The translations under genes and the position numbers were made by a program. The notes below the pieces were generated by a model. The model saw only the letters and a program-made list of their open reading frames with translations. It made no database searches and was not told where the DNA came from. Positions 1-13,651 of a DNA stretch of 64,000 bases are shown piece by piece. The stretch is from Lingula anatina (lineage: Eukaryota > Animalia > Brachiopoda), in the NCBI GenBank assembly GCA_051362555.1, contig CM120643.1, positions 23,130,848 to 23,194,847 on the forward strand. The letters are read 5' to 3'. How positions within the stretch are numbered: the first letter of the stretch is position 1; each line of letters starts with the position of its first letter.

Positions 1-3000
1 CCATATCAGTACATGCACGCAAAATATGCAATATTTAAGATTTCATCCAAAAATTAGCAATTTTATGCAATTTTTAGTTAATCTGGTGACTCCGAGGTAT
101 AATTAGAGCCCTGCAGGAGAACTCACATTAATAATTCAGAAAGTGATTTTATCATGTGTAATATATATTGCAGGTTACGGTGATAAGTTACAAACGAAAT
201 ATTTATCTACCGTTACCCATTAAACGCATTGTCTTGTTGTATTAATAATTCAGTAAATAATTTTATCAGCCGTAATTAATCTTCACGTTACCGTTATACA
301 TAAACTGTATATTGTTGCACATGAAAGCGGGCATATCTTGGTTTTACATTAACACACATTTAACATTTGCACGATCGCGTATGTATCCACCAACGACCAC
401 CAAAATAGTGAATAACATTTAAAGATTTTTTTTTCAAATTAGAGACTGACCCTTTTTTCTGTTACAAAAGTATTGTGTTCTGTCAGTTTAAATATCGTGA
501 CGACGATAATGTCACCTCTGTCAAGTCGCCAGACTGTCACATTGGTTCACCGAGTCTGATAGGACAAACGTCTGTGGGAATCTCTTCTTGGGGATATCCT
601 CTCTTACTATATGAAAACATTGGACCGGAGATAAAGAAAAAAGAACGAACGAGGCGGTGCAAATAATTGTGTCCGGATTAATTTCACTTGACACTTTCAA
701 GACCGTGTAATTCTTTTTGAGGGGCCTGCTTATACTTTCCAAGAAAGTGACATTTTTATTTAGGGAGGGATACATCGAATACACTGTACGTATTTATGAA
801 CAAGCAAATGCGGTATAGGGAGGCAAAGAGGAGTTGAGCCTCACTCAAATATATAAGTTCGTGTAACATCATCAGACAAAGTTCTATTCGCAAGCTAGGT
901 TTTTTAAGCACGGCTGGGATGAGAGTAGGCAATTTCAGAAAAATTTTCTGTCTGCGCAATGAGTGCACATTGCTTGAATCAGTTCAACGTAATATGGGTT
1001 GGAGCAGATGCATGTTCAGGTGGCTTTACACATGACGTAAGTGCTCCTCGAAATATTGTTTAGAAAGAAGAGATATTTATTTCCAAAATCACAACACGAT
1101 TTATACATATATTTAGTACTTGAATTAAAAATATATATAGACGCACACGAATTATGATTGTACTGAAGGAACGTGTCATCCTAGAACAGTTGATGAGTTC
1201 ACTGAGATTTATAACCTAATGCTTTTGTGACAGATTATGATTTTGAACGATAAAATAATATTTGAGAGAGGTTTAAATCTCAAGGCAAAGCCCCTCAGAG
1301 ATTGCTTTGCATAGAACATTATTTCTTTCACGAAGGTCTGGGTACAGTTTGCCATTTCCTTTTTGTTGGAAAACTGCGTACTTTTTATAAATAAAAATAA
1401 TAATTAAAAGATAAAAAATGAATAAATAAATAAAACACTACGTGTCCCCTGTGTAAATAAGAAAACTGACACTATCATTTCTGCTCATATTCTGTCATTT
1501 GTCGTCGATCACAAATGATTTGGGTAAATCTAACTTAAAATAATATCTCAAATAAAGTGAAAGTCAAAACCGTTTTAATAGCTTCACACTGACAAACTAA
1601 TATGAGACAAATATACTCATGTCATCTTAAAATTTTTAAATCGGATTTTAAATAGTTTATAGGATATTTTCTGCTATGGCACTATGTCACTACCTGTAGG
1701 TCCTCCATGTGCAGCACACCAGCTGATGACGATCTTTATTACAGCAAAATATGCCCCGTTCCCCCATTTTCTCAAAGATTACACCTATTGCTATCTCAGA
1801 GCACTTGTATGTATATTACATGAGGAAACGTAGTCTATCAGAAGATGCAAGATTTCATCGCGTCCCTTAGCATGGTCACACGGAGTGCGGGGCTTAAATT
1901 TACAATTCAAATTCACTCCGCGTCCGCTGATAACGCCATGATGGATGACCGCTGAGATAGGTCAGATTTAGAGGCAGAGTTGGTCATTGGCCACACGTGA
2001 GAGTCGCTTAATGTTTTAGGTCACTGTTCTGCAACTGAAAGATAGCTGACCAGCAGGAGTCAATTAAGACAAGGAAACAACGGCGTACGAGATTTTGTGT
2101 GTCTTTTATAAGGCCTGGTGTTATTGCTCATATTTCTGGACTTTTGTCGCGAAAAGTGTGTTTGAAGCTAAAGAGGATGAATTGCGCCGCTCTCAGTGTG
2201 TTTTCTTGGCTTATCAGAATGGCACAAGCAAAAAAAGGTTTAAACGTACATTATTTAAACTTTAGCAGGCGGGATAATGGCAGAGACGGTTACTCACGTC
2301 CTACTCAAGTCCCGATCACATATGAACTGTGACTGTCACGTAAGTTTATTGAAATTCCAGCCTTTCAACTCAAAAGAATGTGAATTATGCACAAGTTATC
2401 TTTGTGACATGCAATGAAATAGTTTTGCGTCATAAGAATGAAGATAAAAAGCATCTCTAAATATACGAAAGAACTTTTAAGTCGTAACCTCATGTTTCTG
2501 ATTTTTCTGCATTTGACATTGGCATTAAGTTACGGATGAAGAATTACAGGACGGCGCGTTTCTTAGAGTTCCTTAACTGTCATTGCTTATTTTAGATTCA
2601 ATTTACTGAAGAATACACATATCTATTAAAATCTGAATTAAAAGTATAATCAGCGTAGTCTTCACAAAGAGAATTCAGGAAATAGGTGCATTTTATACAT
2701 ATATATATGAAGGGCGGTAGGCTTTCGTCGTTACTGCAGTTGTTTAAAATAGCCCTGCTTAGCTTAAGAAACACTTATCTATAATAATTCAGTTTTGTTG
2801 ATTAGTTTATCGGAGAGGGGGGCTTATTTTGTTTCCCGAAATACATGTATATCTGTAATTTTGACAATACTTAGGATATCCATATTGTAATTACCCGACA
2901 ATATTTGTTCTTTACAGGTGATTCTGTAATAAATTTTGTACAATCTATTTCATAATTTATATTTTATCGTGGATATTGTGTGGAGTTCTTCTTACTAAAA

Positions 3001-3959
3001 TATATCACTGAAAACATGAAATAGCATTATGTCAACATAAACTCTTAACTTCTTGCTTTTTTACAGAATTTAGATTTGTTTCTGCCAAATAAGCCTATTA
3101 ACATCTCCAAAATGCATCATCACTTTTACGGACATGCAAAGCTTTAGAGATTTTGGTTGTTCGGTGTCCCTTTTTTCCTATACCAAATTTTTTGCAAATA
3201 AAGACCAACAATTAGATATTCCTTTTGCTCTTATAATTCAGTAGATGAAGTTGAAAATGACCTAGTGTACCAAAAGGGGCCGTTTTACAATAAGTTTGCT
3301 TTTTATATAGCCGACTTTGTTTGCTACTGTAGCATCGCAAAGTTGACTACCAAAATTCTATTTTGACTATTGGTCTCACTGTCTAACCTACCCTTCTCCC
3401 AGTAGAATAAAAATCATGGATCCACCAGGAAAGCAATCTTAGCTAAGTCTAATTTTCAACTCTAGTCCATTTGTGGAAATGCGCGCCTCATTGCAACTAC
3501 CACAACTTTGCTTTACGCCATCGCACCAAGCGCATTTTTACAGCACGCTCTGTTGCTGTTTGCAAATATATACATTATAAATTATTATTAATAATAATAA
3601 ATGATAACAGAACAAAGAAAATAACAGAAAAAATCCACTTCAGTTAGGGTTCTATGTATCTAATTCCTCTTGCTTTGAGAAATGTTATTTACGTAAACAA
3701 CTGCAGCTGCAGACTTAACTTTTGTACAGTGGAACTCAACTTTTTCACGTGAAGGGCAATGTTTTTCATTTTTCGTTTTAATAACATCTAGCACAAGTTA
3801 ACGTAGAAATGAACTTACCCGTCACGGGTGTCTCAACGAACGAGAAAAATGCAGATTATTACATGCTCCTGTTCCATTTTACGGATGTCCTGTTTCTAAC
3901 AATTTCATGGCATATGCACGTACGTCTTGCAAATGACTGAGGCTGCTCCCTCCCGCTCT

Positions 3960-3971
3960 CACACACACACA

Positions 3972-4042
<71 letters not shown>
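3960..4042. repeat. Compound (CA)n(GA)n microsatellite; other SSRs at ~24272-24357 (GT), 25021-25053, 30580-30620 and 48779-48817 (GA), 45481-45513 (CA)
   Basis: Directly visible dinucleotide runs. Confidence 0.95.
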
Positions 4043-4048
<6 letters not shown>

Positions 4049-4775
4049 AGGAGGGAGAGATTAAGTAAGTAGCTGGTCTCAACTGTAAGGGTGATAAAAA
4101 GTAGTCTATTTTGATACAGAATAAGTACTAGTAAGAGCGGGCACACAGAATAGAGAATCTGCCAGTCTGAAAAAATTAGCATTGTTCTGCAATTTCTTTT
4201 TTTCACAAACACACAAACATAATACCCCCACCTTGCAGGACTCACATATGTAATGTAAGGAGTTTTTTAACGGAGAATGAAATAACGGCCCGAAGTTTTT
4301 TATCTGCTAAAAGAACGGTCCATGATACATGTACTAAGGCTTTCTTGCATTGTCTTAGGAGAGAGGAACCTCGTGCCCCCCTCCCTTCCCCCCTCGCCCT
4401 ATGGAATTTCCTATTTCTATAAACTGTGACGCATTGCCGAGAAATCGCAATTAAAATATTATCATAAACATCCTTTGTAAAGGAATGAAGTGAAAACAAC
4501 AGGAAAACAGCCCATAAAATCCAATTTATTTTTCCTTCTTGTTTCCCGTTTTGTTTAAATGAGCAATTTAAATGACGCAAGCTACGAGAATACCAAGAAA
4601 TTCTGCCAGCGTACAGTACGTACCCAGCACTTTCAACTCTGTGACAAATTAACATCTTTTTCGACTTAAAAATTCGGGTCAAGGTTTGTTTAGAATAAGA
4701 TTAACGTGCATGATATTTGGCAGATGTTTATAATTTGTATTTCTCCTCATGTCGACTGAATCCGGGTTGGAAATC

Positions 4776-4782
4776 TATAAAA
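4776..4782 (+). promoter_or_regulatory. TATA box of the VWA gene
   Basis: TATAAAA about 30 nt upstream of an Inr-like TCAGAC (~4809) and about 200 nt upstream of the signal-peptide ATG at 4973. Confidence 0.55.
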
Positions 4783-4972
4783 AGAAGCTTCGTGTCTTTA
4801 CTAGTAGCTCAGACACCGCTGCGAATGCTTGCTCGTGGATGCAGCTCGCTGCCTCACTAAGGCTACAGTAGAGTCCATCCGTTTTTGACATTTAGCCTGT
4901 ACAAAGGTAAACTGTTATTAGCAAGAAACAACTAAGAAATTTCATCTTGGGGGAAATTGGACTGTCTGAAAG

Positions 4973-7686
4973 ATGAAGCTGGCTCCGTTTCTGATGGTTT
5001 TGTTTTGTGTGGCTGTAGCAACACAGGGTAAGCTAACTTAAATATATGAAGCAAAAATCTGCAAAAGGTGTTTGAACTTGATGAGCCGTTTATAGAAAAA
5101 AAAAATTCTGCTATTTTCCTATTGCATTTGTGGATAAGCAATTTGCGTAAAAGTATAGATTACTATGAATTACTTGTAACGCGTTTATTCCAAGCTTGGT
5201 TGTCGATATCCTATCATTCCGCCTCATGCTTAAGAAATATTATGAAATAGATACTGGAATACGCTAAGAGAAGGATCCACCGATCTATTTTTCATTCGCC
5301 TTCCAATAATGAAAATATGTTCAAATTTACAGACAGAAAAACCTCCACTTTCAAAAAGCTGTTTTTTTTTTTTTTTTTTAATTTTTACAGGCTCGACTTT
5401 TCGGTCTTCAAGCGACGTTGCCTCCGCCATGGTGCGCGGGTTCATGACTAAGTTATTCCCAATACGGCAGACTCAATTTGCATCAATAACACCACTGTTT
5501 AGTACGGGAAGTTCGTCGCGGGGAGGGGTACGGTTGAGGGGTACCTTGGGGTCTCGGGTGGTTTCGACTGCAACTGACCCAAAGCCCGCGCCCGTGATGC
5601 CAGATTTGATGTTTGTTCTGGATAGCAGCGCCAGCATTGGCTCAACGAATTACACTATCGGAAAGTCATTCATGGAAGTGAGTAATTTTTTCTTTTATAT
5701 TTTGTACTACTTATTTGACGTGGTCATTATATGTCACATATAGTGTCAAGATTAAAGCACTGCACACGCCGCATGAATACTCCCTTGCCTGTGTCAGAGG
5801 TGAGCGTGGACAATACAGTTATTTGCCTCACTATATCATGGGAAACATTCAACATTCAACAAATGTAAACAAAATACTGAACCACTGACTTGAGTGCTGA
5901 TCTCTCTAGTCAAATGTGGAGGTGGCGTTTTCGAATCAATTCATGCGTTCGCTCTTGTGACACCGACTTCGAATAACGAAAACGAGCGCTAAAGATTTTC
6001 TTAATTTGCTTGCATTAAAGTGAAGTGCTATTCGCAAGGAACGAATAATAACATATTTGAACTAAGTGATAGCTGAACGAATCAATATTTAAGATATTGT
6101 GTTTTCTTCTATACAGTCCATAGTGAACTTCATCTACAGTCAAGCTGGCGCAACTTCCACCTCAAAGCCTCGAATTGGAGTTGTTCGGTTCTCAGAGGCA
6201 GCGAAAACCAAGGTGGATTTCTCGCTGGATACCCACACAGATGCTGAGCAAGTGAAACAGGCCATTCGTGGCATTCCGTATGACAATGGTGAGTGCTACA
6301 TGTAATATAAACAAAATAAACGATAAATAGGTCAATTTATAAAAAGTTAAAAGGGTATGAAATACATACAATATGGATGTTTTGCTCTCTGCTTTTATTT
6401 TCTTCTAGATGCATATTAAAAAAACAGATAAAACAGGGAGGGGTGCAGATTAAATGGAAATGGGCATTTCTCTCTCTCTCTCTCTTTTTTTTTTTAATTT
6501 TAGGGGAGGGGGGGCTTTTCCTTTTTCTTTTCCACTTTCTTTTATATTGGTAGTTTTCAGCTCATTATGCTCTATTATTTTCCGCTTTTTTTTCAGGCGT
6601 TTCTACAAACACCGCAGAAGGTCTGAAGCTGGCCAAAATGGAACTGGATAACAAAGGCAAGCCTGGTAACGCTAAAATGATTTGGATCCTTACTGACGGT
6701 AACGCTAACTCCGGAGGCGATCCGGTCCGTCTGGCAACGGATATCAAAAAGGCTGGTAGGTTCAGTACAAAGCGACTCTTTTCGCATTGACTGGTAAAGA
6801 CACATTGAGTAGTCCAGTTTTCTGTACCGCTCCAGTATGAGAGACTGACAACTTATAATAGTCTAGCTAGTTAGTTAGCAGTGTATAAGTGACTCATATT
6901 GACTAGATGTGGCACCTTTACCGGTTTGATTCTGGTTTGGTTGGCTGGGGATGTAACACCCTCGCTGTGTAGTTACACATGCGTGGACCGGTCAAATAAG
7001 TGCGATAGAGAAAACTGTACCACCCGCTGTGAAAACTTGGGTCTGCGAGTCTGGTGCATCTTCCTTCAGGTGCAAAATGATTACTTTCTTTACAATCTAA
7101 TGAATTATATTTCATACTCTCTCTCTCTCATACTTTTTTACAATAATTTAATTGTGAAAAAAAAATTGAAGACGTTTTTATTTATGACAAAATTTTAGAT
7201 TTAAAATTTCAGTTTTTCATTATAATTTTAACCTTTTTTAATAAATCGAATGTTCTTTAGAGCTAAAAATCAAAACATATTTTTTTCAAAAGGCTTTGAG
7301 TAAGCGCCACTTTTAAGAGTAAAATTATCGTTCTTGCTCTAATCATTATTCCATGCAATAAAAATTGACTGTTTTATCTCAAGATTAAAGTATGTCGCCA
7401 TTGCATTCTAGGCGTGGAAATCTACGCAAGTCCAATCGGCAGATCTGTCTCTTTGTCTCGGATCCAGGATCTGGTGTCATCGCCAACGATGGACCATGTG
7501 TACGAAGCGCCGACATACGCACAAGCCAAGGCCATCGCCCAAGCTGCAGTCACTCAATACAGGCACCTGGGCATTGCCTCCTCACTCGGCAGACCTGGGC
7601 AAACGCTTCACCGTCTGGAACCCATTCGGATATCTCCGAGATTCTTCGACGGGTTCTGGGAGCGGTATGGCATTCGTGCAGGTTAA
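4973..7686 (+). CDS. Secreted single von Willebrand factor A (VWA) domain protein; exons 4973-5027, 5391-5677, 6117-6288, 6597-6755, 7412-7686
   Basis: Exon 1 encodes signal peptide MKLAPFLMVLFCVAVATQG, which is not in the ORF track. GT-AG boundaries are phase-consistent. VWA motifs: DLMFVLDSSASIG (MIDAS DxSxS), RIGVVRFS, TNTAEGL, ILTDG, IYASPIG. Confidence 0.88.
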
Positions 7687-8125
7687 GCATGAGAACAGGA
7701 TACAAATGATTAATTCTTTCGTCAAAAATACTTGTATAACGACCCAATGACGAATGAGGTGCAACGTGGCGTTTCTGTCACAAGTACCAATCACCATTTT
7801 TTACATAAACGATATATTAATATAAATTTAACAAATGCATTCTTACAAATATCTTTTTTTTTTCTTACTTCTTACTGGACAGTACATGTTTGTGCCTATC
7901 ACAAATATGGAATATACTAGTATTGTATTCCATAACAACCAACATTATTGTATACTAGTAAACATCCCCCTCACTTTAAAACAGATATCCAGTCTGTGCA
8001 AACAGTTTTCTGAATCCTGTATGGATATGGTTGGTGCAGTGATGTGGATGCAGCAGAAATATAACAATATGAAAATAAAATTTTAGAAAAACTTTTTAAA
8101 TTTTTAATGTCTTTAAGAGTTTCTT

Positions 8126-10176
8126 CTACTTTGATTTCTCTTTCTTTACTCTTCCCATCAGGTAAAACTCATCATTGGGCCTCATTGCAGTCACATGGGC
8201 CATTCTGTTTGACAAAGCAAACAAAGCAGCAATTGAACCAATATCCCAAGCATCTTCCTTAGACAGTCCATGATTGGCTAATTCCTCAAAGTGCTGCTCT
8301 GTGATTGGTCGAGCTTGGCAAACGTCAATTGCAAACCCCAAAATGGCCTTCTGTCTGTCATCAATGTCCGAGCATCTCCAATTTACAGCCACCTAGAACA
8401 GTGAAATAAATAAGTGTAACCACTATTTACCTTAAAAAAAATAAAAATAAATTAAATAAAAAACTCCTCACAGAAAGCCCAAAAGGACATGATGCCAAAA
8501 TTTTAGACAGCCCCTCATTTTAGCTTTAATTATCTTCCATTATACACTGAAACTTTAAAAGCTTAAAGAAATTTTGTTATAATTTTAGGACAGTTTTTAA
8601 GTATTGAAGTAATCCTTTAAATATCCTTTCATGTACCAGAAAATTTTTAAAAAATGGGAGTATGCTTCACCATCAACTTTCATAACAATTTATACACTTT
8701 CACTATAACTTATCACATCTTTCTTGTCCTTTCATCTTATACATGTAACAGTCTTCTATTTTATCAACATTCCAACTGCTTATGCTTATTGTTGCCAAAT
8801 AATAATAACAATAAATATTACTAATCTTCTGAGATAGAGAAAGAGGGAGAGAGAGAGAGAGGGAGGTGGACCAACTAACACCATACCTGATCTGACTGTA
8901 TAGGATTCTTGGAGTATATTCTGTGCAGTGCCCCATGTGCTACCACACAGTACAGACAGTTATTGGCAGCACTGGTAGCCACTATGATCATCTCTTTGTC
9001 AGCTTTACTTAACTTTGAACCTGAAATAATACTTAAATACAGGATGCTGGTAAATAGATGGGATGTTGAATCAGAATTCACAATTCTTTTAAATATCATC
9101 AATGAAATTAAATAAGAAATAAATAAAAAGCTCTAGGCCTATACTGCGTGTGTGTGTGTGTGTGTATGCATGTGCACACGCGTGATGGTAATTGGTATTT
9201 TAAGTATGTAACTGCCATAAGAGGAATTTCTTGTATTTAACTAACAGAAATTATTCTAAATGCAATGGATATAAAGCAATTACATACATTCACTGTAACT
9301 TGCAACAGTCTTTGTTTTCAAAATACATGAAAATGAATTTTATTTATGAATAAGACAAAATTGAGTGGCAATCATATAGTTTAATATAAATAACATTTTA
9401 AATTACCTTTTTTTTAAGTAAAAAATCATCAATTATTTATAATCAGAGGTAGATATCACCAATTACCTTCTCTGTTCATGACTGCATCATAGTAACTGAA
9501 GAAAGCTCTGAACTCATCTGGTCTGTAGGCCAGCGCCTTGAACACATTTGGAAGGAAACCAGACTGAAAAACACATAATGATGATCTTGAGAGCAAAAGC
9601 CTAGAAAAATGTGTGACCTTGAATTTGTTAACATGCATCTCTAGGGGGTAGCTGCCTTTTTTGCAGTTTTTTTTTCATTATAAAATGATATAGGCCTACT
9701 TCCATGCCTGGATGCATGTTCCCTTTCCATCAAGGTCATGAATCTTTCCTGTTTTAATTAGTCACTCATTCCTTTGCAGTCCATGAAAATGTCATATTCT
9801 TGTTTTTGAAATTCCAAATTAGCTACACACTTTTACTTAAACATAAATTTTAGTTTTTAGTTTAGGGAACGAGGGTGCTATTTAAATCAGGTTCACATAA
9901 TCACAGTATTAATAGTAGTCACACAGGTTGCCAAGGGGTAAAGTTTAGCAGTAAAACTCTAGCAAATATGAGAGAGAGAGGGAGAGAGAGAGACAGATGG
10001 AGAGAGAGAGACTTCTGATCACTAGTGTTTCTGAAGTCTAGCCTGTTACAGAAGTGAAGAAAAGACTACAGAGACCCCAGTGTCGAGAAGGTAGAGATCT
10101 GAAAGATATTATAGGGAAGGCTGTTAGGTATAGTGCACTTACATGTATCGCAGACCGAAAACTTAACTTAAAGACA

Positions 10177-10208
<32 letters not shown>

Positions 10209-10471
10209 GCCGTAACTTCAGTGGAGGATAGAGGGTGTATTTAACCGTGACAAGGAAAGCAACTGACCTTCTCTTCGACTTCGTCCATCTGCTCCTGTAT
10301 GTCTTTGGGGAGCTTGGAGCGTTCAGGCACCGGGAAGCGACTAATTGGGTGACTCGATATACTCCGGATTAACTGAATCAAAGGTCGGCTTGCGGTCTTG
10401 GTGACCAGGGCTCCCCAGAGGTGGGTGCCGTACAATATTTTAGGCCCTCGAAACAAGACGCGAACTGGCAT
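8126..10471 (-). CDS. AhpD/carboxymuconolactone-decarboxylase-family peroxidase-related protein; exons 10471-10268, 9563-9467, 9020-8887, 8392-8126
   Basis: Spliced product contains HPISRFPVP..GFLPNVFKALAYRPDEFRAFF..EMIIVATSAANNCLYCVVAHG (CxxC..H AhpD core)..LSNRMA..MRPNDEFYLMGR. Splice sites are canonical. Alternative upstream in-frame ATG at 10525. Confidence 0.9.
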
Positions 10472-10874
10472 GCTTATATTACTCTTTTCCCTGCAACCGA
10501 AGCGAACGACCTTGTAAATGACCATATCCCAAGACAAGCCCAACTCAATGTTTGTTTATCGCTAACCAGATCGACGTTGTTGCTGATCAGATTAAGGCGT
10601 TTTCAGCAAGAATCTAGTCAAAACGAAACAGTTTAATGATATTTCAATATTTAAAGAAACATCAGATGCTGTTTGTTTGTACAACAATTCAACGTTATAT
10701 ACTCTTTTATAAAAGTTCTGATTAAAGCGACTTTTATTCTTCACTTCTATAAGTTTCTTATACGACTAAAATAAAGTCGATATGTCAAGTTATAAACCAA
10801 ATTAATCCTCCTTCAGGCAAAAATAACTTAAAAGTTGCGCCTTATATAAGTTCAATTCGGGAATTGCCCCCCCC

Positions 10875-10905
<31 letters not shown>

Positions 10906-13016
10906 ACACACCCACCCCCCAAGTCTGCTGATAGACGTTGGACTACTTGTATAGGCCTATATCTGTTCATTGAGAGCATATACTTCTTTCTACCCTCTAC
11001 CAGCTTATGCGTCACGCTTTTTAAATAAAATATTAAAATATGAAAATAGCGAGTGAAGTGATCAGATGTTTAGCCTTTTAATGTTGTTATTTTACAGCTT
11101 GAAATACAAAAATGATTTTGTCCTTTTGATGTTGATAATTTTACCGCTTTCAAAAATAAAAAAAAACATTGTTTCTGTCCTTCCATACGTTGTTTTTAAT
11201 GACTTCAGATGATAATCCTGTCATTTTCATTTTTTGCAAAATATCATTCAATATTTATGTACGGGATGGAGGTGCAGAATTCAATGCTGGTCGCTTTGAA
11301 AACAAACTATAGTAATACACACGACTCTGTCTTTTTATTTTGGGGAAAAAAAAAGAATTGCTGCATACGTGATATAAGCCAGCTATTTAGCACAACATAG
11401 TAAAAGAAAAAAATAAAATTGTGGTAAGTTAAATGGTAAGTTAAATGGAAATGGGTCATTTTCAACAAAAGCAGGATAAAGTTATAGGACAGGACAGCTG
11501 TCATATATATATATATAATTTTGTATAATATAATTTTTTTTTTTGACAGCATAGAGACCAGGGAAGAAGTGTTACAGCTGCCTGAAGTACAACGCTCACT
11601 AATGAAAACACTCAGAAAAAGAGACAAATGAAATTTCTATGCCATACCATCAGAAAAGACGCAAAAGAAAGAAAACTTGTAGACTGTGGGAAAATTGACG
11701 CCATTTTCCTTTTTTCTTTCTTTTTATTTTGTTCTGTTGAGCTAAATTCCGTATATTTAAGCTTAAAATCAGCTGCACTATTCGTTTCTGTATTTCAGAG
11801 ACTTGACAATCATTGAGACTATGGAGGGCGCTATGTACAGTGTATGAAGTTGCAACAAAAATTGAATTGGCATCGCGTTCATTTTGTTTGTTTGTGTGTG
11901 TTTGTGTATTAAAATAACATTTTTTCACCGACGCTTGGCAATTTTAATTAAAAGAATTTTAACTTGCAACAATGTTAATTGGAATCCTCAATCTACGTGA
12001 TAATTATTAAAATAAAAAAAAAAAACATTGTTATTGGAAACCATAATAGGTTTTCTACGTGATACCTATATTCGTGCTTGATTAGGGGAGAATAAAACCG
12101 TTATATCTGGGACAATTAGGTTTATGATGCAAGCGCCCAACTCTATCCTGGGTCCTAGATTTCGGTATTGCCAGCTTGATCTTGATTTCATATATAACCT
12201 ATATATATGCACTGTAAAGCTAATACATGAAAAGGTATAGTGAGCAAGCTAGCTTTACAGTGTCCTGACACTCGGGATACCCAACTCCGGCCTTATTAAG
12301 TCACAACCAGTTGTTAAAACTTTAACATTTTCATTTCAACCCGTTATTATTAATTATTATCGCTTATTACACAGCTGAGCGGGGGGAAATGACTCTGGTA
12401 AGTTATTCTAATGGACATTTATGTAAGTGTGTGATACCAGTTTCATCTCTCAAGCACCCGAATGTACTCCATAATGCCTTCGTAAGCTCTGAAGCTTGGG
12501 CCCTAGGAAGGCCTGGACAGTAATAAAAACGTCAAAACCCCCCAAAAATGCCTATATTGTCATTTATTATCGCATATTACACGATTGTTACAACTGTGAT
12601 AACTCCACTAAAGTGATAAAAATTAGTATTTATTCTTGTGTATGATGCCAATTACATCTCGCTAACTGGGTGATTATATAGGCATTAATTATGTTAATGC
12701 CCCCCAAAGAGCACCTTCCTGTCATTATGGTTTCATTTTTATAGGAAATATTACATGATACAGGAAATTGTGATCGGGGTTTTGATCGAAAGAAACACGG
12801 GAACTGGTGGTGACACTTCGACAGCTGTTCAATGGACGGTCATTCCGAATCATCAGGAGCCTTCTTTTTTTTTCTAGGGGAGGGGGGTGTGGTTCGTGGG
12901 GTAAAACCTTTCCAAACTAGTAAAAACAGCCGGTTGCCCACAGGGTACATGAAAAACCAAAGTTTCTAGAAAAGATATCTGCTTATAACGTTGTTGATGC
13001 TTTTTGTTAGACTTTC

Positions 13017-13186
13017 TCTGTTTTGATGATGTTGCCAACAAGTCAATAAGATGAGTTCATCTGTATACATGTATTTTCATACGAGAGCGTGTTCTGATCA
13101 AAATTATCTGTTTTGATAGCGTTGCCAACAAGTCATTAAGATAAGTTCCGGCTGTATATTTTTATACGAGAGCGCGTTCTGATCAA
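13017..13186. repeat. Two-copy tandem duplication (~85-90 bp unit)
   Basis: tctgttttgat..gttgccaacaagtca.taagat.agttc..atacgagagcg.gttctgatcaa occurs twice. Confidence 0.8.
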
Positions 13187-13651
13187 GACGCTAACCGGAG
13201 CACATGGCACCAAGACTATATCTGGCGCCATCTGTCGTCATCCTTATTCCATACCTGTTCATTTCCCAAAAGTTGCTCAAACTGCACTGATCTAGGTGAC
13301 CAAACTATTTATTCACTGATAATCTTTATCATGCCTCATAAATGAGGATATGATTTAAAAATACTGAACACAATATTTATGCTTGTACCATTTATTAACG
13401 TCAAACCTGATACACTGATTGCAGCTTTCGTGAGAACTGAAAGCCCCGGGTTCGGGATCATTCTGATGTCTCTCAGTCAGACAGAATTTCACATTATGGT
13501 TCTGTTTATTTTCTCCAAGTATATGTGAAAACTAAGGGGTAAATAATACAGTTTACATCATATGTGACAGGGTTATATCGGATTATAAAGGGTTCAGCCA
13601 TAAGACTGCTGACGTGGACGTCCCCGGGTTCAGCGACAAGTTTCAGGACAG

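Noticed and set aside
3859-4245. ORFs through microsatellites (also 24180-24448, 24855-25176, 45219-45512)
   Set aside because: Open only because dinucleotide repeats lack stop codons
5429-5580. Apparent mitochondrial presequence on the VWA protein if started at ATG 5429
   Set aside because: An in-frame upstream exon (4973-5027) supplies a classical signal peptide
6899-7198. Cys-rich ORF inside a VWA-gene intron
   Set aside because: Starts at TTG, has no convincing signal peptide or recognised Cys frame, and runs into AT-rich intron sequence
12210-12262. 13-bp inverted repeat cactgtaaagcta/tagctttacagtg
   Set aside because: Might be a Helentron/MITE relic, but I could not define termini, a TSD or a second copy
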